From Candidatus Omnitrophota bacterium (lineage in GTDB: Bacteria > Omnitrophota > Gorgyraeia > Zapsychrales > Zapsychraceae), in assembly GCA_020632515.1 (NCBI GenBank), contig JACKFK010000007.1, forward strand, positions 13,323 through 77,322: a stretch of DNA of 64,000 nt, in the 5' to 3' direction. Each line of letters begins with the position of its first letter. Position 1 is the stretch's first letter. The notes beneath the pieces were generated by a model, which had not been told where the DNA came from, did not search any database, and saw nothing but the letters and a program-made list of their open reading frames with translations. Of this stretch, positions 20,034-29,677 are shown in pieces. The translations under genes and the position numbers were made by a program.

Positions 20034-20450
20034 TTAATTTGCGCACTGCTGACAAACTCCCTCCGCTTGATAAAAATGTTTCAGGATTTTAAAACCTTTG
20101 ACTTTATCAACTTCAGGAACAATATTCGTAGGAACATCCTCAACTCTTCCACAATCCACACAGATCATATGATAATGTGGATGATCATCATGATCTTTGC
20201 ATAACGCGTAATATAACCGCCTATCCGTTTTCTGTATCTTGGTCAAAACTCCATGTTGCGCAAATAATTCCAAATTCCGATAAACGCTGGGCAAACCGCA
20301 GTGCTTAAACTGCTTACGCAAGTGGCCCCAAACCTGATCCGGAGAAAAACAGCATTCTCTATTTAGAAACAGCTGTAAAATCGCTTCACGTTTAGGCGTA
20401 ATTTTAATGTGTTTAGCTTTTAATTTGGCAATCAATTGATTATCAATCAT
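20034..20450 (-). CDS. zur: Fur-family regulator, probably Zur
   Basis: 138 aa. Winged-helix N-terminus, HPHYHMICVDCGRVEDV and C-terminal CQQC metal sites. Sits at the head of the znu/folE2 cluster. Confidence 0.75.
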   Translation of the reverse strand: MIDNQLIAKLKAKHIKITPKREAILQLFLNRECCFSPDQVWGHLRKQFKHCGLPSVYRNLELFAQHGVLTKIQKTDRRLYYALCKDHDDHPHYHMICVDCGRVEDVPTNIVPEVDKVKGFKILKHFYQAEGVCQQCAN

Positions 20451-20468
20451 TACAAAAATCTTTCAAAA

Positions 20469-20491
20469 TAAATAGAAATGATTTCTATTTA
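20469..20491. promoter_or_regulatory. 23-bp perfect palindrome, candidate Zur box
   Basis: TAAATAGAAAT-G-ATTTCTATTTA, starting 19 nt upstream of the zur ATG. It has the same 11-1-11 layout and the same TAAAT...ATTTA ends as Firmicute-type Zur boxes. Confidence 0.6.
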
Positions 20492-20544
20492 AGGGAAGCA
20501 TAATATCAATTAAGCTCAAAGGTGTCAAGAAATTATCGTTAGAG

Positions 20545-20582
20545 AAGAAAAAATAGGCAGGTGAAATAACTCACCTGCCTAT
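20545..20582 (-). terminator. rho-independent terminator
   Basis: On the minus strand, ATAGGCAGGTGA-GTTATT-TCACCTGCCTAT followed by a T run. Lies downstream of the FKBP gene. Confidence 0.65.
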
Positions 20583-20609
20583 TCAAATACTTTGCAATAA
20601 ACTTACAAC

Positions 20610-21107
20610 TTAATTAATTTCAACAATCTTGATTTTAAAAGCAAGCTCTTGTCCGGCTAAAGGATGATTAAAATTAAGCGCAACTGTCTCGTCCTTTACT
20701 TCTTCAATAATACCTGGCAAAGCCTGTCCGGTCTGTGTCGTCATCTGTAAAACCATGCCCTTTTGCGGCTCTACCTCTGGCGGAAGATTCGCTTTTGGCA
20801 CTTCAATTATCATTTGCGGGTTAACTTGTCCATACCCTTCATCCGGAGAAACAACAATCTCTTGTTCATCACCAACTTTCAATCCAGCTAATTTCTTTTC
20901 CAAACCAGGAATAATCATATTCTTACCATGAACATATTCTAAAGGAACTTTTCCTTCAGAAGAATCCGCAACCGTCCCGTTTACTGTGAGAGTATAATCG
21001 AATTTAACCGTTTTTCCATCGACAATCACATTGTCCTCAGCTTGAAGAGGGGTTCCCCCGAATACTGTCAGACTTAACGCTAATACTGCCAAAATCATAC
21101 GCTTCAT
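20610..21107 (-). CDS. exported FKBP-type peptidyl-prolyl isomerase (SlyD-like, with insert-in-flap domain)
   Basis: Signal peptide MKRMILAVLALSLTVFGGTPLQA. FKBP motifs VKFDYTLTV...IIPGLEKKLAGLKVGD...NHPLAGQELAFKIKIVEI. Confidence 0.8.
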   Translation of the reverse strand: MKRMILAVLALSLTVFGGTPLQAEDNVIVDGKTVKFDYTLTVNGTVADSSEGKVPLEYVHGKNMIIPGLEKKLAGLKVGDEQEIVVSPDEGYGQVNPQMIIEVPKANLPPEVEPQKGMVLQMTTQTGQALPGIIEEVKDETVALNFNHPLAGQELAFKIKIVEIN

Positions 21108-21395
21108 ACTAAACTCCTTTGATTTGTCCTAATAATCCAAACTCTTTTGGAAATACATTTAAGGGTGAATTAAAAGGAAAGGTTATGTTGAAACTACCGT
21201 TGATGAAAAAATAGGATTAATAATTAAATATTATTGCCATTATGGCAGATATTTGTCAGAATACCAGCATAATTTTGGACTTAAGATGAACGAACTTAAG
21301 TTTCTAAATGCTAAGTTTTTAATATAAAATACAGATAAATTCTACGAGCACCCAACAATATAACGCCTAATAATTCGGAATTTTATTCTCCTTTC

Positions 21396-23321
21396 ATGAA
21401 ATACGATCCATTCCAACAAAAAGCTATTGATCATATTAATGATGGATTCTCCGTGATCGTTTCAGCACCTACTGGAGCTGGCAAGACTGCGATCGCTGAA
21501 CACGTTATCCGACGATGTTTGGAACGCCGGGAAAAAGTCATTTACACCTCGCCTATCAAGGCCCTGTCGAACCAAAAGTACCGTGACTTTAGTGAAGACT
21601 ATCCTGAGCAGGTAGGCATTCTCACCGGAGATGTCAGCATTAATCAAAACGCGCCAACATTGATCATGACAACAGAAATCTTTCGCAATAAGATTCTAGA
21701 TGAACAAAGCACATTAAAGGATTACACCTGGATCATCTTTGATGAAATTCATTATCTGGATGATCTTGAACGCGGCAGCGTTTGGGAAGAATCATTAATC
21801 TTTCTCCCGGATCACATGAACATTCTTGGCCTTTCCGCCACTATTCCCAATCTTGATCAGTTGGCGCAATGGCTGCAGACGATTCACCACCGTCCGATCA
21901 AAGTAGTCAAAGAAGACAACCGTCCGGTGCCGCTGCATTTCTTTTTCCAATGCCAGGGCCAGATTTACGATAATTTTAAAAAACTCAAATACGAAGGCTT
22001 TCGCACCATTGATTGGTATAATCATGATGCCCGGCGCGTGCCAAAGTCAGTAAGCGTGAAACCCAACCGTCCAACGGACTTAATAAAACATCTCAAGACG
22101 CAGGAAGCCCTGCCATGCATTTTCTTTACTTTCAGCCGAATACGGACCGAATACCTTGCCGGAGAAATGAAAATCTTTGATTTATTAACACCTGATGAAA
22201 AGGTTAAGATCAAAAATTTGTTCCAGCAATTATGCCACCGTTTTGAAATCCTTCACGAACCCAGCACCTATGACATCATGCCGCTGGTGGAAAAAGGCAT
22301 CGCCTATCATCATGCCGGCATGCTGCCGACTTTAAAGGAAGTTGTTGAACGACTATTTACAACGCGCTTAATCAAAGTTATTTTCACGACGGAGACATTC
22401 GCCCTGGGCGTGAACATGCCCGCGCGCAGCGTTATCTTTGATGAAATGCGCAAGTATTATGAACGCGGATTCCGGCCGCTGAAAACCCGTGATTTTTATC
22501 AAATGGCGGGCCGTGCCGGACGGCGATCCATTGATAAGGAAGGTTATGTGTTCTGCCGGGTTAATCCGCATGATCTGGGCATTGAAGAACTCAAACATAT
22601 TATTGAAGATGAACCGGAAAAGGTGCTCTCGCGCTTTAACGCTTCTTACGCTACCCTTCTTAATTTATATGAAAAATATGGCGAAAAACTATATGAGATT
22701 TATCCGTTTTCGTTCCATCATTTTCAAGTGAGAAAAGGCGCGCAAAAAAAAGCAGTTGCAACCTTACGCGCGAAGGTGACATTACTCAAACAACTCGGTC
22801 ACATCCGCAAAAATAAATTAACGGAAAAAGGCACTTTTGCCGCCAAGGTTTATGGCTATGAACTTCTTTTCTCTGAACTTTATCATCTCGGCATGTTAGA
22901 ACAACTGCCGCCGGAAAAATTGGGTGTATTATGCTTGGCGATGTGTTACGAACCGCGCAAAGGCATGCGTAAACCAAAACTTAATTACCAGACACAACAG
23001 CTGCAAATCCTCACTAACGATCTTATCTTTCCCATACACAAGATGGAACGCAAGGCCGGGCTAGCACCTTTAAGCAAATCGTGTTATTTTCATCTCTCCC
23101 CCTGCTTAGAAGATTGGATGAAGGGCGAAAATTTTAATCAGATTACAGAATACACGTCGGTGGATGAAGGTGAAATCGTCCGCTACTTTCGCATGACGAT
23201 CCAACTTTTACGCGAGCTCTTAGAAACAAACATTTCAAAAAAGATGAATGAAACCATTTATAAAGTGATTGGAAAAATGAATCGCGGTGTGATTGACGCG
23301 GAAAAACAATTACGGAGTTAG
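21396..23321 (+). CDS. superfamily-2 DEAD/DEAH-box helicase (Ski2/HelY-like)
   Basis: Motif I APTGAGKT, motif II DEIH, SAT, and motif VI QMAGRAGRR. Confidence 0.85.
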   Translation: MKYDPFQQKAIDHINDGFSVIVSAPTGAGKTAIAEHVIRRCLERREKVIYTSPIKALSNQKYRDFSEDYPEQVGILTGDVSINQNAPTLIMTTEIFRNKILDEQSTLKDYTWIIFDEIHYLDDLERGSVWEESLIFLPDHMNILGLSATIPNLDQLAQWLQTIHHRPIKVVKEDNRPVPLHFFFQCQGQIYDNFKKLKYEGFRTIDWYNHDARRVPKSVSVKPNRPTDLIKHLKTQEALPCIFFTFSRIRTEYLAGEMKIFDLLTPDEKVKIKNLFQQLCHRFEILHEPSTYDIMPLVEKGIAYHHAGMLPTLKEVVERLFTTRLIKVIFTTETFALGVNMPARSVIFDEMRKYYERGFRPLKTRDFYQMAGRAGRRSIDKEGYVFCRVNPHDLGIEELKHIIEDEPEKVLSRFNASYATLLNLYEKYGEKLYEIYPFSFHHFQVRKGAQKKAVATLRAKVTLLKQLGHIRKNKLTEKGTFAAKVYGYELLFSELYHLGMLEQLPPEKLGVLCLAMCYEPRKGMRKPKLNYQTQQLQILTNDLIFPIHKMERKAGLAPLSKSCYFHLSPCLEDWMKGENFNQITEYTSVDEGEIVRYFRMTIQLLRELLETNISKKMNETIYKVIGKMNRGVIDAEKQLRS

Positions 23322-23323
23322 CT

Positions 23324-26300
23324 TTAGTTCAGACTAGCAGCCGTCAATAAATTCTCAGAAAGCTGTTGAATATCCTCATTCTTGGCCCAGATATCATCCG
23401 AACGATAATCAAAACTCAAGTTTTTGAATTCTTCTTCCTGAGTATCAGCGATGCCTAAAAATAACGGCAAGTTTGGTACAGGTGTGACATTGAGAATAAT
23501 CGGCGCAAACCCTTCAATGCGCATATTGCCAATCGGTTGCTGCGGTAATGGCAGCGGTACTCCGTTGCCATCGCGCTTAATCTGCAGATCAAAAAGCGCT
23601 GGATTCAAATCAATCCCCCCTAATTTATCCGATCCAGGTTTTTGAGGAGTTAAAGGTGTTTCTTCTATTCGAGTTTGCCCTTGCGCGGGAGCAACATTTT
23701 TCTTCACTTCAGCAATAACACGATCAAGTTGAAATTTATTAAAAACCGGAACATCAATACCATTCAATTTCCTCTTAATATTTTCAATTGATCCCATTGT
23801 ATGCATCATAATCGGTATGGGAATCTGCTGTTTTTTAATTTCCTGAACTAACTTAACGCCGTCCATCTCCGGCATCTGATAGTCTGTTAAAACTTGTGAA
23901 ATGTCTGTTCGCTGGTTTAAAACATCTAAAGCCTCTTTCCCATTGGAAGCAACTACAACCTCATACCCCGCTAATTTTAGCTTTCCTTCAATTGTCAAAG
24001 CAGTATCACCATCATCTTCCACCACTAATATCATCGGGCTGGAGGAAGCAGTAGGTGTCACAGGTGTTTTCTCTGACTCAGGAATAGGTGCTGGGAGAGT
24101 ATTCCCGATTGTCAATTTTAGATCTTTAATGATTAATCGTCCTGCATCAACCCGCATCTCTCCACTTTCAATATTATAAGGGATAGCGTTATCTGGTCTT
24201 AGGAGGTCATTCAATCTCACTGTTACTCCTGGTAAATTGTTCACAACCGAAATATTCCCTTCCATTCTTGATTCTTTAATTGAAACCCGTCCTTTAATCG
24301 TTAAACTATCCAAGTTATTTACGTCTGTTCGTCCAAATCCTTCGGTCCATGTTGTTACATTATTATAAAACTTATCTTCCGCATCACTACCCTGAACATC
24401 AATTAATGGAGGAACCTGTCCTGCTTTCGTATTCTTTAATGTCCATGTTGTTTGATCAACTTCAAAGAAATTTGTTTGGGCCATTAACCAATAATCCACA
24501 GCAAATTTAACTGGGGTAAAAAATTTTGTTCGGTTTTCTGCTTCAATATTAACAATACGCAAGATTCGATCTACGTTATATTTTTGGAAAATCTTATTAA
24601 TATTTCTAGATTTTTCACTTTCATTATACCGATTTGTTTCCATAAAATTGTGTAAGTTTAAAAAAACAGTCCCAATTGGCCCTTCTAGCTGAATGTATCC
24701 TTTTTTCTCCCCTGAAATTAAATCTGGTTGAATGATTTCATAAAATTCCTCTCGATTGCCACTAAAAACATCCTGCAATACTTCCCGTAGAATTTTACCA
24801 ATAAGACTATAATTTATTAATGCAATATTAGTATTAAAATATTGTTTTCCTTTTTCACCAATACTTCCTTCTAAGCCCAACCCTACTTTTTCAAAAATCT
24901 CTCTCTGTCCATTACTCTTTGCTGATCCATGTTCTAACATACGAATCTTAACTTTTCCTGGTGTATTGTCTCTATTATCTAAAAATTCAACACCTATTTG
25001 CCCCCCCTTACGATCCAATCCAGTTTTGGTTGTTGAAAGCATAACAATAGGAACATTATTTTTCACCATCCATTCTACAATATGATGGTCAGGCGTGTTA
25101 TTAGGTCCATCACCATTATAAAACGCTAGAATTTCCGGTCTTTCTTTTATTGGAGCATCTAAAGTATCATTTAGATATTTAAACCCGTGCTCTCCATGAC
25201 TACCAGACCCATTATAAGCGATTGTAGGCTCTAACTTTACTGTTCCTGGAGTTAATCCTGGATAAAACGGTGTATCACGATATTCAATTGTTACATTCAA
25301 TTTTTCTAACAATTGTTGATAAGTAATAATTTTTCCTGACTGATATTCTGAATTTAATTGCAATCCTGCAAAAACTTGCTTATTTAATAAATTTACATAA
25401 TGTGGTTGAGACTCCACGTTAACAACTGGCTGAAATTTGACCTTCTGGACATTCTTATAAATATTTTTGTCTTGTAGTTCTATAATTAACTGCATTAATT
25501 TTAATTCCGCAATCGATATTTTATTATCTCCTATTTGGAAAGCCAAATCAGTTCCCTTCGCGCCCAACGTATCGCGATTAAATTCAGATAATAAATACTC
25601 CAATCTCTCAATAGATGAACCTAAACCAGCGTCTAAATTTGCAAGAATAAGATCATAGGCTGTTTTATTAGGTTGCTGCACTATTTCCCTTATAATATCA
25701 TTATAATCTGAAACGCCTATAATAGTTCGCCGCTCTTCTTCTGTTAAATCGGCTGACGGAATAAAATTGCCACCTTCTCTGTTCTTAGGTGCAATAATTA
25801 ACGGTTTTTCTTGAGACACCCCATTTTTTAGATTTAAATGTCGCTTTACAAGTGTTCGATAATATGCTTGACTCGGTGTATCTAACCCCTTTTGATCCAT
25901 GACTTCTTGTAAACGGACAAAGTCAACTTCAAGCGGCGAGCTGGAAGGTTTTTCGACCTGTCGAATTTGCGAATCCGCTCCATTCTCAACTATTCCCACA
26001 TCCAGTCTAGAAATTCTTCCAGGCCGAGATTCCCCGTCCAATACATCCGTTTGTCGAGATAAAGGCAATGTCTTAAGAGGCTCTGTTTCTACTTTTCTAG
26101 GTGTAATAGTCCGAATACCTCCGGAAAAATATTTTCGCGGGATCAGCATTTGCGTAGAAGGATCATATTCTTCTTTAATATAGTTATAAACACCGATTTT
26201 AAAAGATTCGAGATATTGCTGGTAAAGCTGATCTTTCACTGACGGATCTTCGGTATCCACGCCCTTAATCTTATTTTGATCTACATAGACCTGGCCAAGC

Positions 26301-27190
26301 AGACTTTCTTTTAAAGATTTCTTGTACCAGGTGGCGAGAATCATGGAATTAAAGATCTGACGCAACTGGGCGAAATTTTTACCTTCATTAACTTCTTTTT
26401 CTAACTCCGGAATTAGAATCTCACGAACGATTTTCGAAGTTACGCCGCTTACATCTTCAATCTTGGTTTGCTCCAACGCTTTAGTGCCGAATTTATCGCT
26501 GCGCACGTTCTCAGACAGAGCTAAATAATCTTCTTCCAGCATCACCTTAAGCCGGCGCTCGCCCACAAACGCGGTGTTTTCATGCTCATAAACAACTGCC
26601 CGTTCCGGAATAATCCAAACTTTGTTAAACGTATTGATCGGGATTTCAGTTGTTCCAAAACGCTCCCGCGCCTGGCTGTAAACACGATCCCAAAACGCTC
26701 GGCCCATTTCTTCTTCCGGATACATCAAAGATGACATAATCTGCTTTAAAAGATAATCTTGTGCTAACAAATCAATCCCCATTTCGGTTTGCCCTAAACC
26801 GGCGGGAATAATACGGCCGCCTTCATACGGAGAAAGATTCACCCACTGTTCATTTTCAGGCACAGTTAAAGAAGTAAGGAAATATTTAACTAACTTTCGA
26901 CCTTCTTCTTTTAGTGGTTCCCCGGTCAAAGCATCATCACCGGAGTCGATCAAAAAATCAAATTTTAAGGGATCATTTGGATTAATAGTTACACCAATAA
27001 TAATCGGTGGGACATATCGGGGACTTACCGATACCATTGAACCAAGCGCGGGCAGATTTAATAAAGCCCCGATGGAAACCTGGGCTTGCGCTACACCTGG
27101 TGGCAAAATAAAATTAAAGAGAAAAGCTATATTGATAAATATTGATAAGACTTTGGAAAATAATGACTTACGAATTTGGTGAATTGACAT
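23324..27190 (-). CDS. 1288-aa membrane-anchored chimeric protein: conserved uncharacterised N-domain + UDP-sugar pyrophosphorylase (UDPGP)-like domain + CheY-like receiver + conserved GGIDLN C-terminal motif
   Basis: N-terminal TM. UDPGP-like motifs ANLDAGLGSS (about nt 25654), GSHGEHG, YNGDGPNN, FNTNIALINY. Receiver MILVVEDDGD...LTDYQMPEMDG starts at nt 24034. GGIDLNP at nt 23603-23620. Confidence 0.8.
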   Translation of the reverse strand: MSIHQIRKSLFSKVLSIFINIAFLFNFILPPGVAQAQVSIGALLNLPALGSMVSVSPRYVPPIIIGVTINPNDPLKFDFLIDSGDDALTGEPLKEEGRKLVKYFLTSLTVPENEQWVNLSPYEGGRIIPAGLGQTEMGIDLLAQDYLLKQIMSSLMYPEEEMGRAFWDRVYSQARERFGTTEIPINTFNKVWIIPERAVVYEHENTAFVGERRLKVMLEEDYLALSENVRSDKFGTKALEQTKIEDVSGVTSKIVREILIPELEKEVNEGKNFAQLRQIFNSMILATWYKKSLKESLLGQVYVDQNKIKGVDTEDPSVKDQLYQQYLESFKIGVYNYIKEEYDPSTQMLIPRKYFSGGIRTITPRKVETEPLKTLPLSRQTDVLDGESRPGRISRLDVGIVENGADSQIRQVEKPSSSPLEVDFVRLQEVMDQKGLDTPSQAYYRTLVKRHLNLKNGVSQEKPLIIAPKNREGGNFIPSADLTEEERRTIIGVSDYNDIIREIVQQPNKTAYDLILANLDAGLGSSIERLEYLLSEFNRDTLGAKGTDLAFQIGDNKISIAELKLMQLIIELQDKNIYKNVQKVKFQPVVNVESQPHYVNLLNKQVFAGLQLNSEYQSGKIITYQQLLEKLNVTIEYRDTPFYPGLTPGTVKLEPTIAYNGSGSHGEHGFKYLNDTLDAPIKERPEILAFYNGDGPNNTPDHHIVEWMVKNNVPIVMLSTTKTGLDRKGGQIGVEFLDNRDNTPGKVKIRMLEHGSAKSNGQREIFEKVGLGLEGSIGEKGKQYFNTNIALINYSLIGKILREVLQDVFSGNREEFYEIIQPDLISGEKKGYIQLEGPIGTVFLNLHNFMETNRYNESEKSRNINKIFQKYNVDRILRIVNIEAENRTKFFTPVKFAVDYWLMAQTNFFEVDQTTWTLKNTKAGQVPPLIDVQGSDAEDKFYNNVTTWTEGFGRTDVNNLDSLTIKGRVSIKESRMEGNISVVNNLPGVTVRLNDLLRPDNAIPYNIESGEMRVDAGRLIIKDLKLTIGNTLPAPIPESEKTPVTPTASSSPMILVVEDDGDTALTIEGKLKLAGYEVVVASNGKEALDVLNQRTDISQVLTDYQMPEMDGVKLVQEIKKQQIPIPIMMHTMGSIENIKRKLNGIDVPVFNKFQLDRVIAEVKKNVAPAQGQTRIEETPLTPQKPGSDKLGGIDLNPALFDLQIKRDGNGVPLPLPQQPIGNMRIEGFAPIILNVTPVPNLPLFLGIADTQEEEFKNLSFDYRSDDIWAKNEDIQQLSENLLTAASLN

Positions 27191-27376
27191 TAAGAAACTC
27201 CTACACTACGAAGATTTAAATATTGATAGCATGAAAACAGTTAAAATATAACATATTTATATATAAATGACAATCCTATGAACACTTTTTTTCTATATTT
27301 TTCTTTAAATAAATTATTATTTTTAACATAAAAAATTATAACTAATTATAAATGAATAGGATACAATCTAACAATC

Positions 27377-28024
27377 TTATTTCGCCTTCTGCTGCAGAAT
27401 CAATTCAGGCTTGTCGACATCAATTTGAAAGACAAAATGGTTTAAAAACGACATACCTAAGAGGCCATCGTCATCATCCATATCCACATCCAATACCAAC
27501 GCCTTCACGTTGGTAACACGAACATTATTCAGCCGTACTTCTTTTAACACCACTTCCCGGCCAGAGACAACCGCCCCATTGGCGAGTGAGGCCATAATCG
27601 GATCACCTTTGTTAAGATTAACACCCAGCTTTCGTGCCAGCGCGCGCGAAATTTGGGTTTTAGACGCGCCCGTATCAATCAGCAATTTGGCCTTGGCTTT
27701 TTTATTGATTTTTACTGTCGTATACAGACTGTTGCCGTATTTTTCTAATGGAATAATTTGCTTCCCCTTAGCCATGTAAACCGCCGTACGAACAACTTTA
27801 CTGGTGACCTTCCCCGTCTTATAGGCTACTTCGCCGGTTTTATAGGCAACCTTACCGGTTACTTTGGCTGTTTTCCATCCAACCTTTCCAATGGTTTTCG
27901 CGGTTCGTCCTGTTGTCCGTAACGCGCCGCAGCCCGTCAGAACAAATGTTAATGTCACAGCTAACACTAAAATATACTTATGAAAATAATTTATCATTCT
28001 GACAATTTGCTTAAAATTTAACAT
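27377..28024 (-). CDS. retropepsin-like (clan AA) aspartic protease lipoprotein
   Basis: Lipobox LTGC. Repeated KV-x-YKTG segment. Catalytic LIDTGASKT. C-terminal GLLGMSFL. Confidence 0.75.
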   Translation of the reverse strand: MLNFKQIVRMINYFHKYILVLAVTLTFVLTGCGALRTTGRTAKTIGKVGWKTAKVTGKVAYKTGEVAYKTGKVTSKVVRTAVYMAKGKQIIPLEKYGNSLYTTVKINKKAKAKLLIDTGASKTQISRALARKLGVNLNKGDPIMASLANGAVVSGREVVLKEVRLNNVRVTNVKALVLDVDMDDDDGLLGMSFLNHFVFQIDVDKPELILQQKAK

Positions 28025-28043
28025 TTTTTTATTTCATTGCCAA

Positions 28044-28074
28044 CAAAAAAACAACCTAGCTTGATGCTAGGTTG
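28044..28074 (-). terminator. rho-independent terminator
   Basis: On the minus strand, CAACCTAGC-ATCAA-GCTAGGTTG followed by TTTTTTTG. Just downstream of the MCP gene. Confidence 0.65.
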
Positions 28075-28114
28075 CATTTTTATCACTATATGCTTTTTAA
28101 AAAAATTGTCCAGA

Positions 28115-29623
28115 TTAACCAGCGCTGACTTTAAAACTATTCACCAAGTCAGCTAACTCACTGGTTTGATTAGCCATTTTGCCGGCGGAAGAAGCCAATA
28201 CTTCTGCTGAAGAAGCATTGGTTTCGGTAACAGATGTATTCTCTTCCATTGTTGCAGCTTGTTCCTGCGTTGAGGTTGAAATCGCACTTAACTGTTCCGC
28301 AATTTTACTAATACTTTTAACCATCTCTGCCAGCTTTTCTCCTGCTCCTTTAGATAATTCAACTCCTTGCAAAACATCTTTCGAACTATCCTCCATTAAT
28401 TTCTTAATATCATTTGCCGATGTCGCACTGCGTTCTGCCAACTTTCGAACTTCATCCGCCACCACCGCGAATCCTTTTCCATGCTCCCCTGCTCGGGCCG
28501 CCTCAATCGCCGCATTAAGCGCTAATAAATTAGTCTGGTCCGCAATATCAGTAATCAACTCTACTGCCTCAGTAATTTTAGTAAAACTCTTCTCAATGGA
28601 ATCAATAGAACTAACTGTTTCTTCCATACTGTGCCCTGTCGTCTCTGCGTTCTTAGCCACATTCTGCGCCAGCTCATTTGATGATGACGCATTCGAAGCG
28701 TTTGACTGCACTGAGCTGGAAAGTTCTTCAAAAGAAGCTGCCTGCTGCTGCGCCCCCTCGGCAATACGTTGTGCGCTTTCAGAAATCTCTCGTGTCACTT
28801 GATGCAATTCCGTCGCCGTTCCTTTAACTTTAATAATCACATTCTCAATTCGTTCAACAAACATATTAAACCATTTGGCCAACTGCCCAAGTTCATCTTG
28901 TGAAGTAACATTAATTCGTCTTGATAAATCACCTTCTCCCTGAGAAATATCGCGAAATGACTCCACCATCCTTACCAAAGATTTGGCAATTGTTTGACTT
29001 AATAAAAACCCTAAAACACCGACCACAATTGAAATTGTCGTCAGTAAAAGAACCATCGTAACAGCTGATTGCCCTACAGCTTTATCTTTCTTGACTGTTT
29101 CTTCAGCCCCTTGTTCAATCAATTCCCCTAATTTAAATAACCCTTCTTCTAATTCCTCAAAACTATCGGTAAATCGTCCCAATCCCGCATACGCTTCTTC
29201 CGCTTTGCCACTTAACGCTAGTCCCACAACTTCATCCGTAACATCCGTATATTTTTGAAGGGCCGGCTTAGCTTCGGTAATAGCCGCTTTAATTGAATCA
29301 CTGATAGGAAGATTTTCAATCTCAGCAATATAATTATGAAAATCAGCAATAAATTCTTTAACTTCAGCTCGTATTTCCTCGACGGAATCAGGATTTTTGT
29401 ATTCTACTAACGCTCTGTACAAAATTGCCCGCAAACCATCATGCATCATGTCGGCTAAAGTCATGTCTCTGACCGCGACCATTTGAACTTCCGCAATTTC
29501 TATTAATCCTTTATTAAGCGTTCTAATGGATTTGAGAGTAATTAATCCTGATATGACAAAGATCGCGATAAAAATCCCCATCAATCCGATTAATTTGTTC
29601 TTAATGGAAAGATTTGCCAGCAT
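28115..29623 (-). CDS. methyl-accepting chemotaxis protein (paralogue A)
   Basis: Two TMs flanking a helical sensor, a HAMP domain, and the signalling hairpin [39 protein letters not shown]. Confidence 0.9.
   Translation of the reverse strand: MLANLSIKNKLIGLMGIFIAIFVISGLITLKSIRTLNKGLIEIAEVQMVAVRDMTLADMMHDGLRAILYRALVEYKNPDSVEEIRAEVKEFIADFHNYIAEIENLPISDSIKAAITEAKPALQKYTDVTDEVVGLALSGKAEEAYAGLGRFTDSFEELEEGLFKLGELIEQGAEETVKKDKAVGQSAVTMVLLLTTISIVVGVLGFLLSQTIAKSLVRMVESFRDISQGEGDLSRRINVTSQDELGQLAKWFNMFVERIENVIIKVKGTATELHQVTREISESAQRIAEGAQQQAASFEELSSSVQSNASNASSSNELAQNVAKNAETTGHSMEETVSSIDSIEKSFTKITEAVELITDIADQTNLLALNAAIEAARAGEHGKGFAVVADEVRKLAERSATSANDIKKLMEDSSKDVLQGVELSKGAGEKLAEMVKSISKIAEQLSAISTSTQEQAATMEENTSVTETNASSAEVLASSAGKMANQTSELADLVNSFKVSAG
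28127..28900. repeat. direct repeat copy 1 (MCP signalling-domain coding sequence)
   Basis: Near-identical to 29690-30463 at a constant 1563-nt offset, with scattered substitutions. Confidence 0.85.
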
Positions 29624-29677
29624 ATTTTTTCCTCATTCTTTAGAGATATTAATAACACACAATTAAATTTGTATGAA

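Noticed and set aside
23451-26183. Several 60-95-aa plus-strand ORFs inside the 1288-aa gene (23451-23645, 23901-24179, 25467-25658, 25899-26183).
   Set aside because: They are antisense to a long ORF with multiple recognisable domains. They lack motifs and ribosome-binding signals.
28179-28802. 207-aa plus-strand ORF (and its twin at 29742-30365), antisense to the MCP signalling domains.
   Set aside because: Both lie entirely inside well-supported MCP genes. Their translations are low-complexity Ala/Ser/Cys-rich mirror images of the MCP coiled coil. They are duplicated only because the MCP DNA is duplicated.
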